Positions 10,105 to 20,563 are shown, numbered from the whole stretch's first letter. The stretch: 62,011 bases of DNA, filler included, from a bacterium (GCA_026985515.1; 3 parts of 3 records of this genome joined end to end with filler, not necessarily neighbours in it); one strand, 5' to 3'. Translations and numbers: made by a program. The notes: a model not told the origin generated them from the sequence alone.

Positions 10105-11460
10105 TCAGGCTTTTGATTTTCTGTACATTAGTGAGTATATTCCGATCAGCAGTGAGAGGAACAGAATTTCCCCGATGCTTCCCCCTTCACCTTCTGTGCA
10201 TCCAAATCCCCACCATCTTCTTGTAACTCTGCAATTTCGTGGTATATGTGGTGGGCCAAACTCAAACTTCTCCCCAATTAAGAGGTGATCCATCACCTCG
10301 TTATTAATGGTTATCGCTTTTAGATCCACATAGGTTTCTCCCACTTCAATCAGGAGAAAGTGGAAATGTTCAAGGTCACCATTTGGCTCGTAAAACTGAG
10401 AGTAGGGATTTGACGGAAATGTGAGAAAGGCCGGGGGTGCTCCCCCACCACCTGTGGTGATAAAGTACACACCATCCTTGTAACTTCTCTCGTAGCAATG
10501 TTCATGTCCATTGAATACGATGGTAACCCCGTATGTTATTGCGAGAGGAGCCAGATACTCCCTTGCCAGCTTCATTCCTCTGTCCTCTGTACCGCCATGC
10601 ACCCCTGATGAATATGGAGGCCTGTGGAAAAACATGAACTTGTGGTATGCGTGCCTTTCTTCTGCTTCTTTCAGCTGACTCTCAAGCCACTTATACTGAA
10701 AGGAACCTGGTGTAAATGGTTCCTCTGTTGAAACGACGATGAAAATATTGTTTTTTACCCAGAAGGAGTAGTATGATCCTGAAGGGGTTACAGGATCGGG
10801 AAAGTAGAATAGTTTGCTCAGCGTTATCCCCTCATCTCCAGTATCGTGATTCCCCTCTACTGGATTGAAAAATCTGGATGAGAGAAGAGGTTCTTCTATG
10901 TGAAAGAATTCAAAGTCCCACTCCTCCAGCCTGTTATGTTCCACAAGGTCACCGGTGTTAAAGTAGAATGAAAAATCGTACTGTTTCATCAAGTTTATCA
11001 ACTGTCTGTGGGTGGCTATACCAGTTCTTGAGTCTCCTATGACGGCAAACCGAAAAGTGGAAGAGTCTTTCGAAAGAGTTTTGAACGAATAGAGTTTATC
11101 CGATTCAGGGATTGTGTAAAAATACCTGGTTCCGTCGCTCAGATTATCCAGGATGGCACAGTATCTGAGTCTTTTACCATAAATTGTGGAGTATGTAGCT
11201 TTCACTGAGTAAGAAAGTTCCTTCTGGTCTGTTCCATACTTTACTTCTGGATTGCTCAACAGTTTGTCTGTTTGCCAGCATACGGTGGCTTCAGTAGATG
11301 GAGAAAAAGATTGCAGGTAGGGACCAACTATTCCTGGTCTCGCTTTGAGAGGTGTAAGTAAGATGGTCAGAAATGCAAATACTATGATGCTCCACCAGGT
11401 GGCTGAATTGCTTCCCGGTGAATTTCTATTTCTCCCTCTTCCTGAAGATATCTCAGCCAT
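10105..11460 (-). CDS. Secreted purple-acid-phosphatase-like metallophosphoesterase (FN3 + calcineurin-like) with C-terminal Cys/TM sorting tail
   Basis: GPYLQ, GDSR, TGDLV, GNHD, FHRP and GHEH motifs; C-terminus GFGC...TM...RKSKA. Start uncertain because it overlaps ppiD. Confidence 0.85.
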   Translation of the reverse strand: MAEISSGRGRNRNSPGSNSATWWSIIVFAFLTILLTPLKARPGIVGPYLQSFSPSTEATVCWQTDKLLSNPEVKYGTDQKELSYSVKATYSTIYGKRLRYCAILDNLSDGTRYFYTIPESDKLYSFKTLSKDSSTFRFAVIGDSRTGIATHRQLINLMKQYDFSFYFNTGDLVEHNRLEEWDFEFFHIEEPLLSSRFFNPVEGNHDTGDEGITLSKLFYFPDPVTPSGSYYSFWVKNNIFIVVSTEEPFTPGSFQYKWLESQLKEAEERHAYHKFMFFHRPPYSSGVHGGTEDRGMKLAREYLAPLAITYGVTIVFNGHEHCYERSYKDGVYFITTGGGGAPPAFLTFPSNPYSQFYEPNGDLEHFHFLLIEVGETYVDLKAITINNEVMDHLLIGEKFEFGPPHIPRNCRVTRRWWGFGCTEGEGGSIGEILFLSLLIGIYSLMYRKSKA

Positions 11461-13313
11461 TTTTCCATTATCCTTTCAGAATTTTTTTCCCTGTATTTTT
11501 TCTCAATTTCTGCTTTCTTCTGTAAAAATTCTTTTTGAGTAACTCTGTGGTGTTTCTTTAACTGAACCACAAAGAAGTTATCACCCACCGTGAAAACCTG
11601 GTCCGGAATAGGATTCTTCTCGCTTAATCTGAAGGCAGTTTTTCTCAATTCGTCGCTTTTTCCTATTCCCGGAATCGAATTATTCACGGGCGTGAAGTCT
11701 CCTGTCTCTTCAACTCTCAAGTGGAGCATTCTGGCAACCCTGTGAATGTCTCCATATTTTCTGAGAAGTGAAAGGAATTTTGAAGCCTTTTCTGCTGCCC
11801 TGATTTTTGCTTTATCCCTTCTTATTTTTTCAATTATTTTCTCTTTAACCTCGGGAAAGGTTTGCTGATATGGTGGTTTTTCACCCACTATTTCAACCAG
11901 ATAAACACCATTTAAAGTTTCTACTTTGAAAGGCTTATCTGTTTCTTTCTGTGAGAAAACCTTTTCCTTGAAACTCTTTTCATCTTCTATTTCCTTCAGT
12001 TCTATGTGATCCCTGTCAAAGTATGGAGTTTCTTTGATTTTTACTCCAAATTCTTTTGCAAAGGACTGGAGATCACCGGATTTTATGGCACTGTCAGCTG
12101 CCTTTCTAATCTCCTCTTTTCTTTTATCAAGTAACTCCCTTGTAAGCTCAAATCTGATTCTATTTTCTACCTCTTTCAGTGGAGATATACCGGGTCCCCT
12201 CTTTGCCTCAACTTTTATAATGTGAAAGCCAAATTGTGTTCTCACTGGTCCGGTGACCTCTCCCGTGGTTGCGTTGAAAGCAGCCTCTTCAAAGGCTTTG
12301 ACCATTTCTCCTCTGCCAAACCAGCCAAGCTCGCCGCCTCTTCTGGCAGATGGTCCCTCAGAGTATTTCCTAGCAAGGGCAGAGAAGTTTTTACTTTTTT
12401 TTGCCAGTTTAAGAATCTTAAATGCCTTCTCCCTTGCTGCGTTGACTTCTTCTGTTGTTGCCCCCGGAGGAACCTTAATCAGTATGTGACTTGCTTTAAC
12501 CTGTTCACCATGTTTAAATTCCTCTTTGTGCTTCTCGTAGTAATCCTTTATCATCTCTTCAGTGACACTGTTCTTCTCATTTAGAAATGGAACAAACACA
12601 TATTTCACTTTTCTCAGTGGTCCCGTTTTAAAATCTTCTTTGTGAGAGGAGTAATACTCCTCAGCTTCTTTAGTGGTGACTTTTATTCTCCCTTCAAATT
12701 CCTGCGGTGAAAATTTCACATAATAGAGATTCACCTTTTCATTTTCTGCATAGAATAACTCAAAAAGCTCCTCATCTTCTATGAACCATGTGTATTTTAC
12801 AAAATTTTCAAACCGCTGGGAGTTTAACCTTTCCCTTTCCTCTTTTTCAAACTGGGCGGGAGTCATTGGGGGCCTTGCGTTTCTCAATACATCCTGATAA
12901 AGCCTCTGATTGAATCTGCCTCCATACTGGAATGCCGGGATTGAGGCAATGTACTCCATAAGGGTTGTATCATCAATATCTATACCAAGCCTTTTTGCCT
13001 CCTGAGCCTTTAATTTTTCAACTATGAGACTGAAAAGAACCTGTTCCCTGAAGTGCACTTTTTTCATAAATTCTTCATTAAAACTATCTCCAAACCTCTT
13101 TCTGTAGGCATCAATCAACCTTCCGAGTACCAGATTGTAATCTTCAATGTAGATGGGTTCATCATTCACCTCTGCCACAACACCACTGCCCATCTTGCTT
13201 GCTCTTCTGATACCGGTCAGAATCCCGAACCCAATAAAGAAGGTAAGAGCTATCAGACCGGCTCCTATTTTAACAACCGGCGAATTAGCCCTTTTCCTCA
13301 CATAATCCAGCAT
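11382..13313 (-). CDS. ppiD: PpiD-like periplasmic chaperone/parvulin PPIase
   Basis: N-terminal TM, SurA-N-like region, and parvulin motifs ASHILI, ARKYSE, GGELGWF, FGFHII. Confidence 0.85.
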   Translation of the reverse strand: MLDYVRKRANSPVVKIGAGLIALTFFIGFGILTGIRRASKMGSGVVAEVNDEPIYIEDYNLVLGRLIDAYRKRFGDSFNEEFMKKVHFREQVLFSLIVEKLKAQEAKRLGIDIDDTTLMEYIASIPAFQYGGRFNQRLYQDVLRNARPPMTPAQFEKEERERLNSQRFENFVKYTWFIEDEELFELFYAENEKVNLYYVKFSPQEFEGRIKVTTKEAEEYYSSHKEDFKTGPLRKVKYVFVPFLNEKNSVTEEMIKDYYEKHKEEFKHGEQVKASHILIKVPPGATTEEVNAAREKAFKILKLAKKSKNFSALARKYSEGPSARRGGELGWFGRGEMVKAFEEAAFNATTGEVTGPVRTQFGFHIIKVEAKRGPGISPLKEVENRIRFELTRELLDKRKEEIRKAADSAIKSGDLQSFAKEFGVKIKETPYFDRDHIELKEIEDEKSFKEKVFSQKETDKPFKVETLNGVYLVEIVGEKPPYQQTFPEVKEKIIEKIRRDKAKIRAAEKASKFLSLLRKYGDIHRVARMLHLRVEETGDFTPVNNSIPGIGKSDELRKTAFRLSEKNPIPDQVFTVGDNFFVVQLKKHHRVTQKEFLQKKAEIEKKYREKNSERIMEKWLRYLQEEGEIEIHREAIQPPGGAS

Positions 13314-13323
13314 CTTTGACTCC

Positions 13324-15366
13324 TTATCCTTTTCTTATCATTTCCAGAATCACAACTAACAGTATAACTATAATCAACCCTCCCGTCAAACCTGTGGTAC
13401 TGAGAATAAGAGGTGAAGAAATGGCTCCTGCAGCACCACTGATATGGTCGGTGAATTCTGCAAAGGAGGATGTTTCTCCCACATTTGAAGTTGAAGAATA
13501 TTTTGAAAGGGCTCCCTCTGAAAAAATTATTCCGAAAGAAGAAAAGAGAAGAATTACCCCTATATAAACTGGCAGAATCGAGGTGGAAAAGATAAGTGTT
13601 AAAACTCCTGATATTGCAGTTAATAAGGGTACAAATTTTTTTGAAGAAATTTTCAGGGACAGGTACGTTCCAGCTGATAGGGAAATCATAAAGACACCCA
13701 TAAGCAGTGCAATGTGATGGTAAATTACACCGAATTTATATTGAAAAGTGTATAACACAGTTATTTCTGAAAATAGTCCGGTGAAGCCTGTCAGAATAAA
13801 ATATGAGGAGCTATTTTTCTTTCCCATGAACATTGCAGTAAGAATGAAGATCAGGATGATAAGTGATAAGACTTTTACGGTAAAAGGGTTCTTTAAGAGG
13901 AGAAAAAGTGTCCTGCCACCTGTGAGTTCATTCTCCCAGTGAGCAATTCCCATCAAGTAAATATAGGGTTGAATTTTCACATGAGCGGGTTTCAAACTGT
14001 TATAAAAATCTATCAGACTCTGGTTACACATTCCCATAACGTAATAAAACTCACTACTGTTTTTAAATTTGTCTGCTCTCCTTTGACAGAAGTTTTTAAC
14101 TGGAAGGGGATGGTCTGTGAAAACAAGATAAATATTTTCAAAGGGAAAAATGTAAGAGAATCTGAAAAATCTCTCTCCTTCGCCTCTCATGAGAGATAGA
14201 GCAAGTTTTTCCGCATCGTCCGGGTAATTTTTCGTTTCTTCAAGTTGAAAAATTAACAGACCATCTCTGTTCAGGGAATTTCTTACTACCTGCAGGAATT
14301 GGGGTGAAAAGAACCGTTCATCCCTTATGGTGGATGGAATATGATTAAGAGAAATTTCTATTGAACCAAATCTCTCCTTTTCTTTTCTCAAATAGTCAAG
14401 TATATCTCCGTAGTAAATTATTCTGGAATAAACAGGTAATTTTGATGGTTTCTCAACAAACTTCAGACCCGGATCTGGCCTGATCAGAGCAGGTTTATAG
14501 TGTGAAAGAGTGAAGTTTGGGGCATCGTATGAATATATCAGGAGATTTCCGCCCTCTTTGCCTGCAACAAATTGTGGAGTAAGAATCATTCTTTTTTTAG
14601 ATGGGTCTGGAAATGTGTAGAGGGGAAAGTATCCACCGTAAAGAGTAAAAGAATTGCTTTTTTCTATGAGTGTTAGTGGAGAAAATTTCCCCCTCCTACT
14701 GGCGATAACCCTTCCCTCAGTGGTTTTTTCCCACATAAATCTGGTTATGGAGGGAGTGGCAATGAGCAGGATAAGGTAAATTATCCAGATGGGGAAAAAT
14801 TTACCTTTTCTTTGTAATATGATCAGGGTTGTGGCCACAAGAAGCCCTGATATGAGCATCGATGATTCTTCACTGACTCCCACTTGAAAAAGAAGGAAAG
14901 TGGTCAGTGCTCCTGTAAATGACCCCGCTGATTCAGACAGATATGCAATAGATGTGGCATATTCCTTTACAGGCTTCAGGTTTCTGGAAAGTGTTACAAA
15001 ACCAAGACCGGTTAAAAATCCAGCCGGAGCAGTCACCGCCAGTGCTATGAGAATAATTTCAGAAAGAGAGAATACATGTATGAAGTTCTCACGCTGAAAC
15101 TTTATTATGTCGGGAAGGAATATAAGGAAAGGTGCCACTGTTATCAGGATGAGAAACACTCCATCTGCCTTGAATTCTTTTCTTCCGGCAAGTCCCCCTG
15201 CGGCAGTTGAAAGCATCCAGAAAGTAACTGTAATTGAAAATATCAGTTCGTTGCTCCATATAAGAGAATAGAGTTTTTCCATCAGAAGAATCTGGGTTGA
15301 GAAAGTGAAAAAACCAAGGAGAAATAACCCTGTGGAGTGGTGGAATAAAATTTTTCTTGACATCAT
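13324..15366 (-). CDS. Multi-pass membrane protein with degenerate spermidine-synthase-like central domain
   Basis: TM-rich ends (AYLSESAGSFTG, EITVLYTFQYKFG..YHH) flank a soluble domain (YYGDILDYL, RFFSPQFL..VRNSLNRDG). Likely start ATG 15366 or 15363. Confidence 0.7.
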   Translation of the reverse strand: MMSRKILFHHSTGLFLLGFFTFSTQILLMEKLYSLIWSNELIFSITVTFWMLSTAAGGLAGRKEFKADGVFLILITVAPFLIFLPDIIKFQRENFIHVFSLSEIILIALAVTAPAGFLTGLGFVTLSRNLKPVKEYATSIAYLSESAGSFTGALTTFLLFQVGVSEESSMLISGLLVATTLIILQRKGKFFPIWIIYLILLIATPSITRFMWEKTTEGRVIASRRGKFSPLTLIEKSNSFTLYGGYFPLYTFPDPSKKRMILTPQFVAGKEGGNLLIYSYDAPNFTLSHYKPALIRPDPGLKFVEKPSKLPVYSRIIYYGDILDYLRKEKERFGSIEISLNHIPSTIRDERFFSPQFLQVVRNSLNRDGLLIFQLEETKNYPDDAEKLALSLMRGEGERFFRFSYIFPFENIYLVFTDHPLPVKNFCQRRADKFKNSSEFYYVMGMCNQSLIDFYNSLKPAHVKIQPYIYLMGIAHWENELTGGRTLFLLLKNPFTVKVLSLIILIFILTAMFMGKKNSSSYFILTGFTGLFSEITVLYTFQYKFGVIYHHIALLMGVFMISLSAGTYLSLKISSKKFVPLLTAISGVLTLIFSTSILPVYIGVILLFSSFGIIFSEGALSKYSSTSNVGETSSFAEFTDHISGAAGAISSPLILSTTGLTGGLIIVILLVVILEMIRKG

Positions 15367-15375
15367 TCTCAAAAA

Positions 15376-15387
15376 ATTGTATACAAT
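15376..15387. promoter_or_regulatory. Perfect palindrome ATTGTATACAAT in the 48-bp divergent spacer upstream of nuoA
   Basis: Seen directly. Resembles GntR/FadR-type TGTATACA operators and also gives TACAAT on both strands. Confidence 0.5.
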
Positions 15388-15414
15388 ATACAAAAATTGC
15401 ACAAGGCGGGTTTT

Positions 15415-15813
15415 ATGGGATTTAATCTTGCAATACTGGGCGGCTTTGTTTTGCTCATTTTCGTTTTCGTATTTGCCGCAATCCTTATATCTCATCTTCT
15501 GGCACCCCAGAATCCTGAAGAGGGAGATAAGAGAACTCCGTATGAGTGTGCAGAAAGACCCATTACAAAAAACTGGATAAGATACAACTTCAGATTTTAC
15601 CTTATCGCCATACTCTTTATCGTTTTTGATGTTGAAATTGTTTTTGTTTACCCCGTTGCGGTGGTTTACAGGAAATGGATTGAGGCAAATCTTGGCAAGG
15701 TGGCTCTGTGGGAGCTTTTCATTTTTATTGTAATTCTTCTTGCAGCTCTCATTTATGCATGGGGTAAGGATGACCTTGCATATGTAAAGAGTATTCCCAG
15801 AGGAGAAGATTGA
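15415..15813 (+). CDS. nuoA: NADH-quinone oxidoreductase subunit A
   Basis: PYECAE, RFYLIAILFIVFDVE. Confidence 0.93.
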   Translation: MGFNLAILGGFVLLIFVFVFAAILISHLLAPQNPEEGDKRTPYECAERPITKNWIRYNFRFYLIAILFIVFDVEIVFVYPVAVVYRKWIEANLGKVALWELFIFIVILLAALIYAWGKDDLAYVKSIPRGED

Positions 15814-16352
15814 TGGCAGGAAGATATAAAGAGGGTGTCGAAAATATTCCTATTGAACAGATAGCAGATGCACTTTTCCCCGAAGTGATTTTAACAACAG
15901 TGGATGATTTCCTTAACTGGGGAAGAAGCTGGTCAGTATGGTACCTTCTCTTTGCGACTGCCTGCTGTGGAATAGAGCTGATGCAATTTGGTGGTCCAAG
16001 GACAGATGCTGACAGAATTGGGTCAGTTTTCAGAGCAACACCGAGACAGGCTGACCTTATGATAGTGGCTGGAACCATTACATACAAAATGGCTTCCAGG
16101 GTTAAGCTATTGTATGAACAGATGGCTGAGCCAAAGTATGTTATTTCAATGGGTGCCTGCGCGAACTGTGGAGGTCCTTTCTGGTACAGTTATTCAGTTT
16201 TGAGAGGAATTGACAAGGTTATCCCGGTTGATTTTTATATTGCAGGTTGTCCTCCAAGGCCCGAAGCTCTGCTTCAGGGAGTCATAGAGGTTCAGAAGAA
16301 GATCAAGAAGGAAAAATATCTGCGAGCCAAAAAATCGGAGGCTGGTGGTTAA
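15813..16352 (+). CDS. nuoB: NADH-quinone oxidoreductase subunit B
   Basis: ACCGIE, TPRQAD, MGACANCGG, GCPPRPE (N2 cluster ligands). Confidence 0.95.
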   Translation: MAGRYKEGVENIPIEQIADALFPEVILTTVDDFLNWGRSWSVWYLLFATACCGIELMQFGGPRTDADRIGSVFRATPRQADLMIVAGTITYKMASRVKLLYEQMAEPKYVISMGACANCGGPFWYSYSVLRGIDKVIPVDFYIAGCPPRPEALLQGVIEVQKKIKKEKYLRAKKSEAGG

Positions 16353-16909
16353 TGGAGGGAATTGAGAACATTTATACCTACCTGAAGGGCAAGTTTGGAG
16401 AAGGGATCGGGATTCTGGATAAGGAGAGCAGGGATCCCTGGTTTGAAGTGAAGAGGGAGAATCTCAGAGAGGTTGCCACATTTCTGAGAGATGATCCAGA
16501 ACTTGGTTTCACCTATCTTGTGGCCATCACTGGAGTGGATTACTCGAAGTTTGTGGATGTGGATTACAAGGGAAAGTTATGTGCAACATACATACTGTAT
16601 CGGTTGAGGGACAGTCATCAGTTAATTTTTAAAGTCTTTGTTGAGAAGGAAGATCCTGTTATACCTTCAGTCTGGGATATATGGAGAGCGGCTGAGTGGC
16701 ATGAGAGGGAAGCCTTTGATCTTGTTGGAATAAAATTTGAAGGTCACCCTGACCTGAGAAGAATTCTTCTGCCCCCTGAATGGGAGGGGCATCCTCTATT
16801 AAAAGATTACAAAGAGCCGGAGGAATACAGAACTCCAGATGGTTACCTTGTTGTAAAAACACACAGACCAGATCCATTGAGGGAGAACAATGAGTCTGAC
16901 CAGAAGTGA
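16352..16909 (+). CDS. nuoC: NADH-quinone oxidoreductase subunit C
   Basis: WHEREAFDLVGI.FEGHPDLRRILL...GHPLLKDY. Start at ATG 16352 overlaps the nuoB stop. Confidence 0.93.
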   Translation: MEGIENIYTYLKGKFGEGIGILDKESRDPWFEVKRENLREVATFLRDDPELGFTYLVAITGVDYSKFVDVDYKGKLCATYILYRLRDSHQLIFKVFVEKEDPVIPSVWDIWRAAEWHEREAFDLVGIKFEGHPDLRRILLPPEWEGHPLLKDYKEPEEYRTPDGYLVVKTHRPDPLRENNESDQK

Positions 16910-18008
16910 AGAGTGGTATCTGAATATGGGTCCTCATCACCCCAGTACCCATGGGGTGTTGAGGTTTGTTGTTAAAAGTGATGGTGAGGTAATTGATGAG
17001 GTGAAACCCGACATAGGATTTCTCCACAGAGGAATAGAAAAAATAGCCGAAAGGCTTGAATACAATCAGATCATTCCATATTATGACAGGGTTGATTATC
17101 TCGCTGCCTTCAATGCCTCCTGGAGTTACGTAATGGCAGTGGAAAAGCTCCTGGGAATTGAGGTTCCTCCCAGGGCAGAATATATCAGAGTTATCCTCGG
17201 GGAACTCAACAGAATAATAAGTCATCTGATTTCAGTGGGCTCCTTTGCTCTTGACATGGGTGCAGTTACTCCTTTCACATGGGCCATCAGGGAACGAGAG
17301 GTTGTGAATGATATTTTTGAAATGGTTACAGGTTCAAGATTAACCTATAATTTCCCCAGAATCGGTGGTGTTTATCAGGATGTCCCTGAGGGGTTCAGGG
17401 AGAAGGTTCTTCAATTCTGTGAATACTTTCCTCCCAAGTTGAAGGAGTTCAATGATCTTATCACCTACCAGAAAATATTTATCCATCGACTTGCCAATGT
17501 GGCGGTTATAACTCCTGAGCAAGCCATTGCTTTTGGTCTCACAGGGCCCAATCTCAGGGGAAGCGGAATAAAGTATGATTTAAGAAAAAATAGACCATAT
17601 TCAGTTTACAGTGAGTTTGAATTTGACATCCCTGTAGGCACAGGAGAGGCCGGTACTTTAGGTGATGCTTATGACAGATACATGGTGAGAATAAGAGAGA
17701 TGGAAGAAAGTTGCAAAATAATAAAACAGGCTATTGAGAAAATGCCCGATGGTCCCGTAAGAGCGAAGGTGCCGAGGAAATTGAAACCCCCTGTTGGTGA
17801 TGTTTACGCTGCAACTGAGGCGCCAAGGGGGGAACTGGGGGTACATCTTATAAGTGATGGAAGCTCCAGACCATACAGAATGAAAATAAGAACAGGTTCC
17901 TTTGCAGCTATGAGTATAGTGAATGAAGTGAGTCATGGACTCATGATTGCGGATCTTGTGGCTTTAATAGGTAGTCTGGATGTAATTGCTCCCGAGATTG
18001 ATAGATAG
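16890..18008 (+). CDS. nuoD: NADH-quinone oxidoreductase subunit D
   Basis: NMGPHHPSTHGVLR, LHRGIEK, DRVDY, EAPRGELG, EIDR. No NiFe CxxC ligands. Confidence 0.95.
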   Translation: MSLTRSEEWYLNMGPHHPSTHGVLRFVVKSDGEVIDEVKPDIGFLHRGIEKIAERLEYNQIIPYYDRVDYLAAFNASWSYVMAVEKLLGIEVPPRAEYIRVILGELNRIISHLISVGSFALDMGAVTPFTWAIREREVVNDIFEMVTGSRLTYNFPRIGGVYQDVPEGFREKVLQFCEYFPPKLKEFNDLITYQKIFIHRLANVAVITPEQAIAFGLTGPNLRGSGIKYDLRKNRPYSVYSEFEFDIPVGTGEAGTLGDAYDRYMVRIREMEESCKIIKQAIEKMPDGPVRAKVPRKLKPPVGDVYAATEAPRGELGVHLISDGSSRPYRMKIRTGSFAAMSIVNEVSHGLMIADLVALIGSLDVIAPEIDR

Positions 18009-18021
18009 GGGGAATGTTGAA

Positions 18022-19086
18022 ATGCTCCAGCTTTTTAACTGGTTAATAAAAACTTTTCCATCCCTTGCTTCACATCAGGAACTGACGGCTTTTGTTCTTT
18101 TTATCATTCTTGGTCTTCTGGTTCTTACTTTTGCGGCAGTGGTTGCAGGAAGCCTCACATATTTTGAGAGAAAAGTTGCAGCCCGAATACAATCCAGAAT
18201 GGGACCCATTGAAATAGGTCTTGGTGGATATATACAGTGGGTAGCAGATGCAATTAAACTCCTTTTGAAGGAAGACATCATACCAGAGAATGTTGATAAA
18301 ATCCTCTTCAGACTTGCTCCCTATTTTGCATTTTTGGGCGCCGGTTTAACATATTTAGTTCTTCCTTTCAGCGAAAAACTCATTCTTGCAGACCTCAATG
18401 TGGGAGTTCTTTACTTTCTTGCAGTTTCTTCTATTACAGTAATAGGTATCCTTATGGCTGGATGGGCATCCTACAACAAGTGGTCTCTTATAGGTGGAAT
18501 CAGGTCTGCGGCTCAGATTGTCAGTTATGAAATACCCTCTGCCCTTGCGGTGTTGCCTGTCGTTCTTTATGCAGGTTCTCTCAGCACACAGGATGTAGTA
18601 AGAGCCCAGGCTGGATGGGCTGGATTTCACTGGATGATCTTTCAGAATCCATTTATATTCATCTCCTTTTTTGTCTTTTTCATTTCGATGCTTGCTGAGA
18701 ATAACAGAATACCCTTTGACCTCCCGGAGGCTGAATCGGAGCTTGTTGCAGGATACAATACCGAGTACAGTGGTATGAGGTTTGCCATGTTTTTCCTTGC
18801 GGAATACAGCAATGTTTTCATTCTCAGTGCCTTTGCTGTGACTCTTTTCCTTGGTGGATGGCAACCTCTTTTTGGTCTTTCCCTGAAAATACCTGGAACA
18901 GCAGTGGATCTCTGGAAATTGTTCAGTTTTTTCTTTAAAACTTCAATTATGGTTTTTCTTGTGCTTACAATACGATGGACACTTCCAAGAGTTAGAATAG
19001 ATCAGCTAATGGGGCTCTGCTGGAAGTATCTTGTACCCATAGCCTTTTTTGACCTTTTTGGTGTAATGTTCTGGATGGTACTGTAA
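18022..19086 (+). CDS. nuoH: NADH-quinone oxidoreductase subunit H
   Basis: [39 protein letters not shown]. Confidence 0.95.
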   Translation: MLQLFNWLIKTFPSLASHQELTAFVLFIILGLLVLTFAAVVAGSLTYFERKVAARIQSRMGPIEIGLGGYIQWVADAIKLLLKEDIIPENVDKILFRLAPYFAFLGAGLTYLVLPFSEKLILADLNVGVLYFLAVSSITVIGILMAGWASYNKWSLIGGIRSAAQIVSYEIPSALAVLPVVLYAGSLSTQDVVRAQAGWAGFHWMIFQNPFIFISFFVFFISMLAENNRIPFDLPEAESELVAGYNTEYSGMRFAMFFLAEYSNVFILSAFAVTLFLGGWQPLFGLSLKIPGTAVDLWKLFSFFFKTSIMVFLVLTIRWTLPRVRIDQLMGLCWKYLVPIAFFDLFGVMFWMVL

Positions 19087-19096
19087 GAGGTGTAAG

Positions 19097-19738
19097 ATGG
19101 CGCATAAGAGATTTGACAATCCTGTGGCACAATATTTTTACAACATATATGAAGCTGTTACCACAACTCTGATTGGTTTAAAGCTCACCATAAAGACTTT
19201 TTTCACAAAGCCTGTGACGGTTCGTTACCCGAAGGTTGATATTTTGAAGGGAGAGCCTTCTCCCGAGAATCCCCTTCTGAGCCACCGGGTGTATGATCGT
19301 TTCAGGGGAGTTCTCTACAACGATGTTTTCAAATGTACTGCGTGTGGACTCTGTGCCCAGATATGTCCCATTGATTGTATCTACATTGAGGCTAAAAAGA
19401 TACCTGAGGGAAAGGGGTTGATACTTTTCCGATTTGATATTGATGAGGCGAGATGCATGCATTGTGGTCTGTGCGTGGAAGTTTGTCCCGTTAATTCTCT
19501 CGTTTTTACCAGAGAGTTTGATTATATTAAGCCCTCTACTGATGAAATGATAGAGAGATTTGTGGATGAAGAAACGAACAAAAAGTTGATCCAGATTGCT
19601 ATTGAAAAGGCTAAAAAGGCTGCTGCAAAGAAGGCTGCTGCTCCTAAACCACAGGCTGCAGTGAAGCCACCTGAGAAGAAGAGTGAAACTTCTACTGAAA
19701 AGGCTTCAGAGAATAAAGAAGAAGAGGAGAAAAAGTGA
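19097..19738 (+). CDS. nuoI: NADH-quinone oxidoreductase subunit I, with Lys/Ala/Pro then Glu-rich tail
   Basis: Two CxxCxxCxxxCP motifs; RFRG. Confidence 0.92.
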   Translation: MAHKRFDNPVAQYFYNIYEAVTTTLIGLKLTIKTFFTKPVTVRYPKVDILKGEPSPENPLLSHRVYDRFRGVLYNDVFKCTACGLCAQICPIDCIYIEAKKIPEGKGLILFRFDIDEARCMHCGLCVEVCPVNSLVFTREFDYIKPSTDEMIERFVDEETNKKLIQIAIEKAKKAAAKKAAAPKPQAAVKPPEKKSETSTEKASENKEEEEKK

Positions 19739-20244
19739 ACGGTTTCTGGGTAAATTTCTTTTTCATTTTGCTGTCGCTTACAGCGATTTTGTCCGCCCTT
19801 TATGTTGTGTTGACAAATAATCTTGTGAGGGCGGCTTTTGCCCTGTTCTTTACCCTTTTCTCCGTGGCAGGTTTATATGCCATTCTTTCTGCTGATTTTA
19901 TCGCTGTTGTTCAGGTCATGATATATGTTGGAGGAATTCTTGTTCTCATAATCTTTGGTATACTGCTGACCAGGACCGTTTTTGATATGAGTCTTTATGA
20001 TAAAAAAATGAGCAAGTTCTGGGCTGGTGTGATTGTGGTAATAATGGCCCTTATTTTCCTCAAAGTGATTTTCGGTACCGATTGGCTAGTGAGATCTGGA
20101 ACAACAATACAGCCAGTAACAGCCAGGTTGGGTAATATCTTCCTCAGCAGGTATCTCCTGCCTTTTGAAGTTGCATCTGTACTTCTTCTGGTAGCTATTG
20201 TGGGTGCCCTCTTTATAGCAAGGAGAGAGGTAAAGAAGAGATGA
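19735..20244 (+). CDS. nuoJ: NADH-quinone oxidoreductase subunit J
   Basis: [32 protein letters not shown]. Confidence 0.93.
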   Translation: MNGFWVNFFFILLSLTAILSALYVVLTNNLVRAAFALFFTLFSVAGLYAILSADFIAVVQVMIYVGGILVLIIFGILLTRTVFDMSLYDKKMSKFWAGVIVVIMALIFLKVIFGTDWLVRSGTTIQPVTARLGNIFLSRYLLPFEVASVLLLVAIVGALFIARREVKKR

Positions 20245-20561
20245 TAAATTTACAGAGCTTTTTAGTAGTTGGAATGATTCTCTTTTTACTTGGAATTTTT
20301 GGAATTTTGACCAGAAAAAATGCAATTGCACTTCTGATGGGCATCGAACTTATGCTCAATGGGGTGGCACTCACCTTTGCAGCCTTTGATAGATTTATAA
20401 AACCGGCTGAAATGGTGAATCCAATTGATGGAAAGGTTTTTGTCATTTTTATCATAATTCTTGCCGCAGCTGAGGCGGCCATAGCCCTTGCAATAATTAT
20501 TCAGGTATTTGGAAGGTATGAGGATATTAACCTTGAAGATTTAAAGAGGATGAAGGAATAG
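20241..20561 (+). CDS. nuoK: NADH-quinone oxidoreductase subunit K
   Basis: RKNAIALLMGIELMLN, AAAEAAIALA. Confidence 0.95.
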   Translation: MINLQSFLVVGMILFLLGIFGILTRKNAIALLMGIELMLNGVALTFAAFDRFIKPAEMVNPIDGKVFVIFIIILAAAEAAIALAIIIQVFGRYEDINLEDLKRMKE

Positions 20562-20563
20562 CC

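Noticed and set aside
15367-15495. N-terminal extension of ORF 13324..15495
   Set aside because: It overlaps divergent nuoA. ATG 15366 or 15363 is more plausible.
15813-18008. Group 4 [NiFe]-hydrogenase (Ech/Mbh-like)
   Set aside because: The large subunit lacks both CxxC nickel-binding motifs and ends in EIDR like NuoD.
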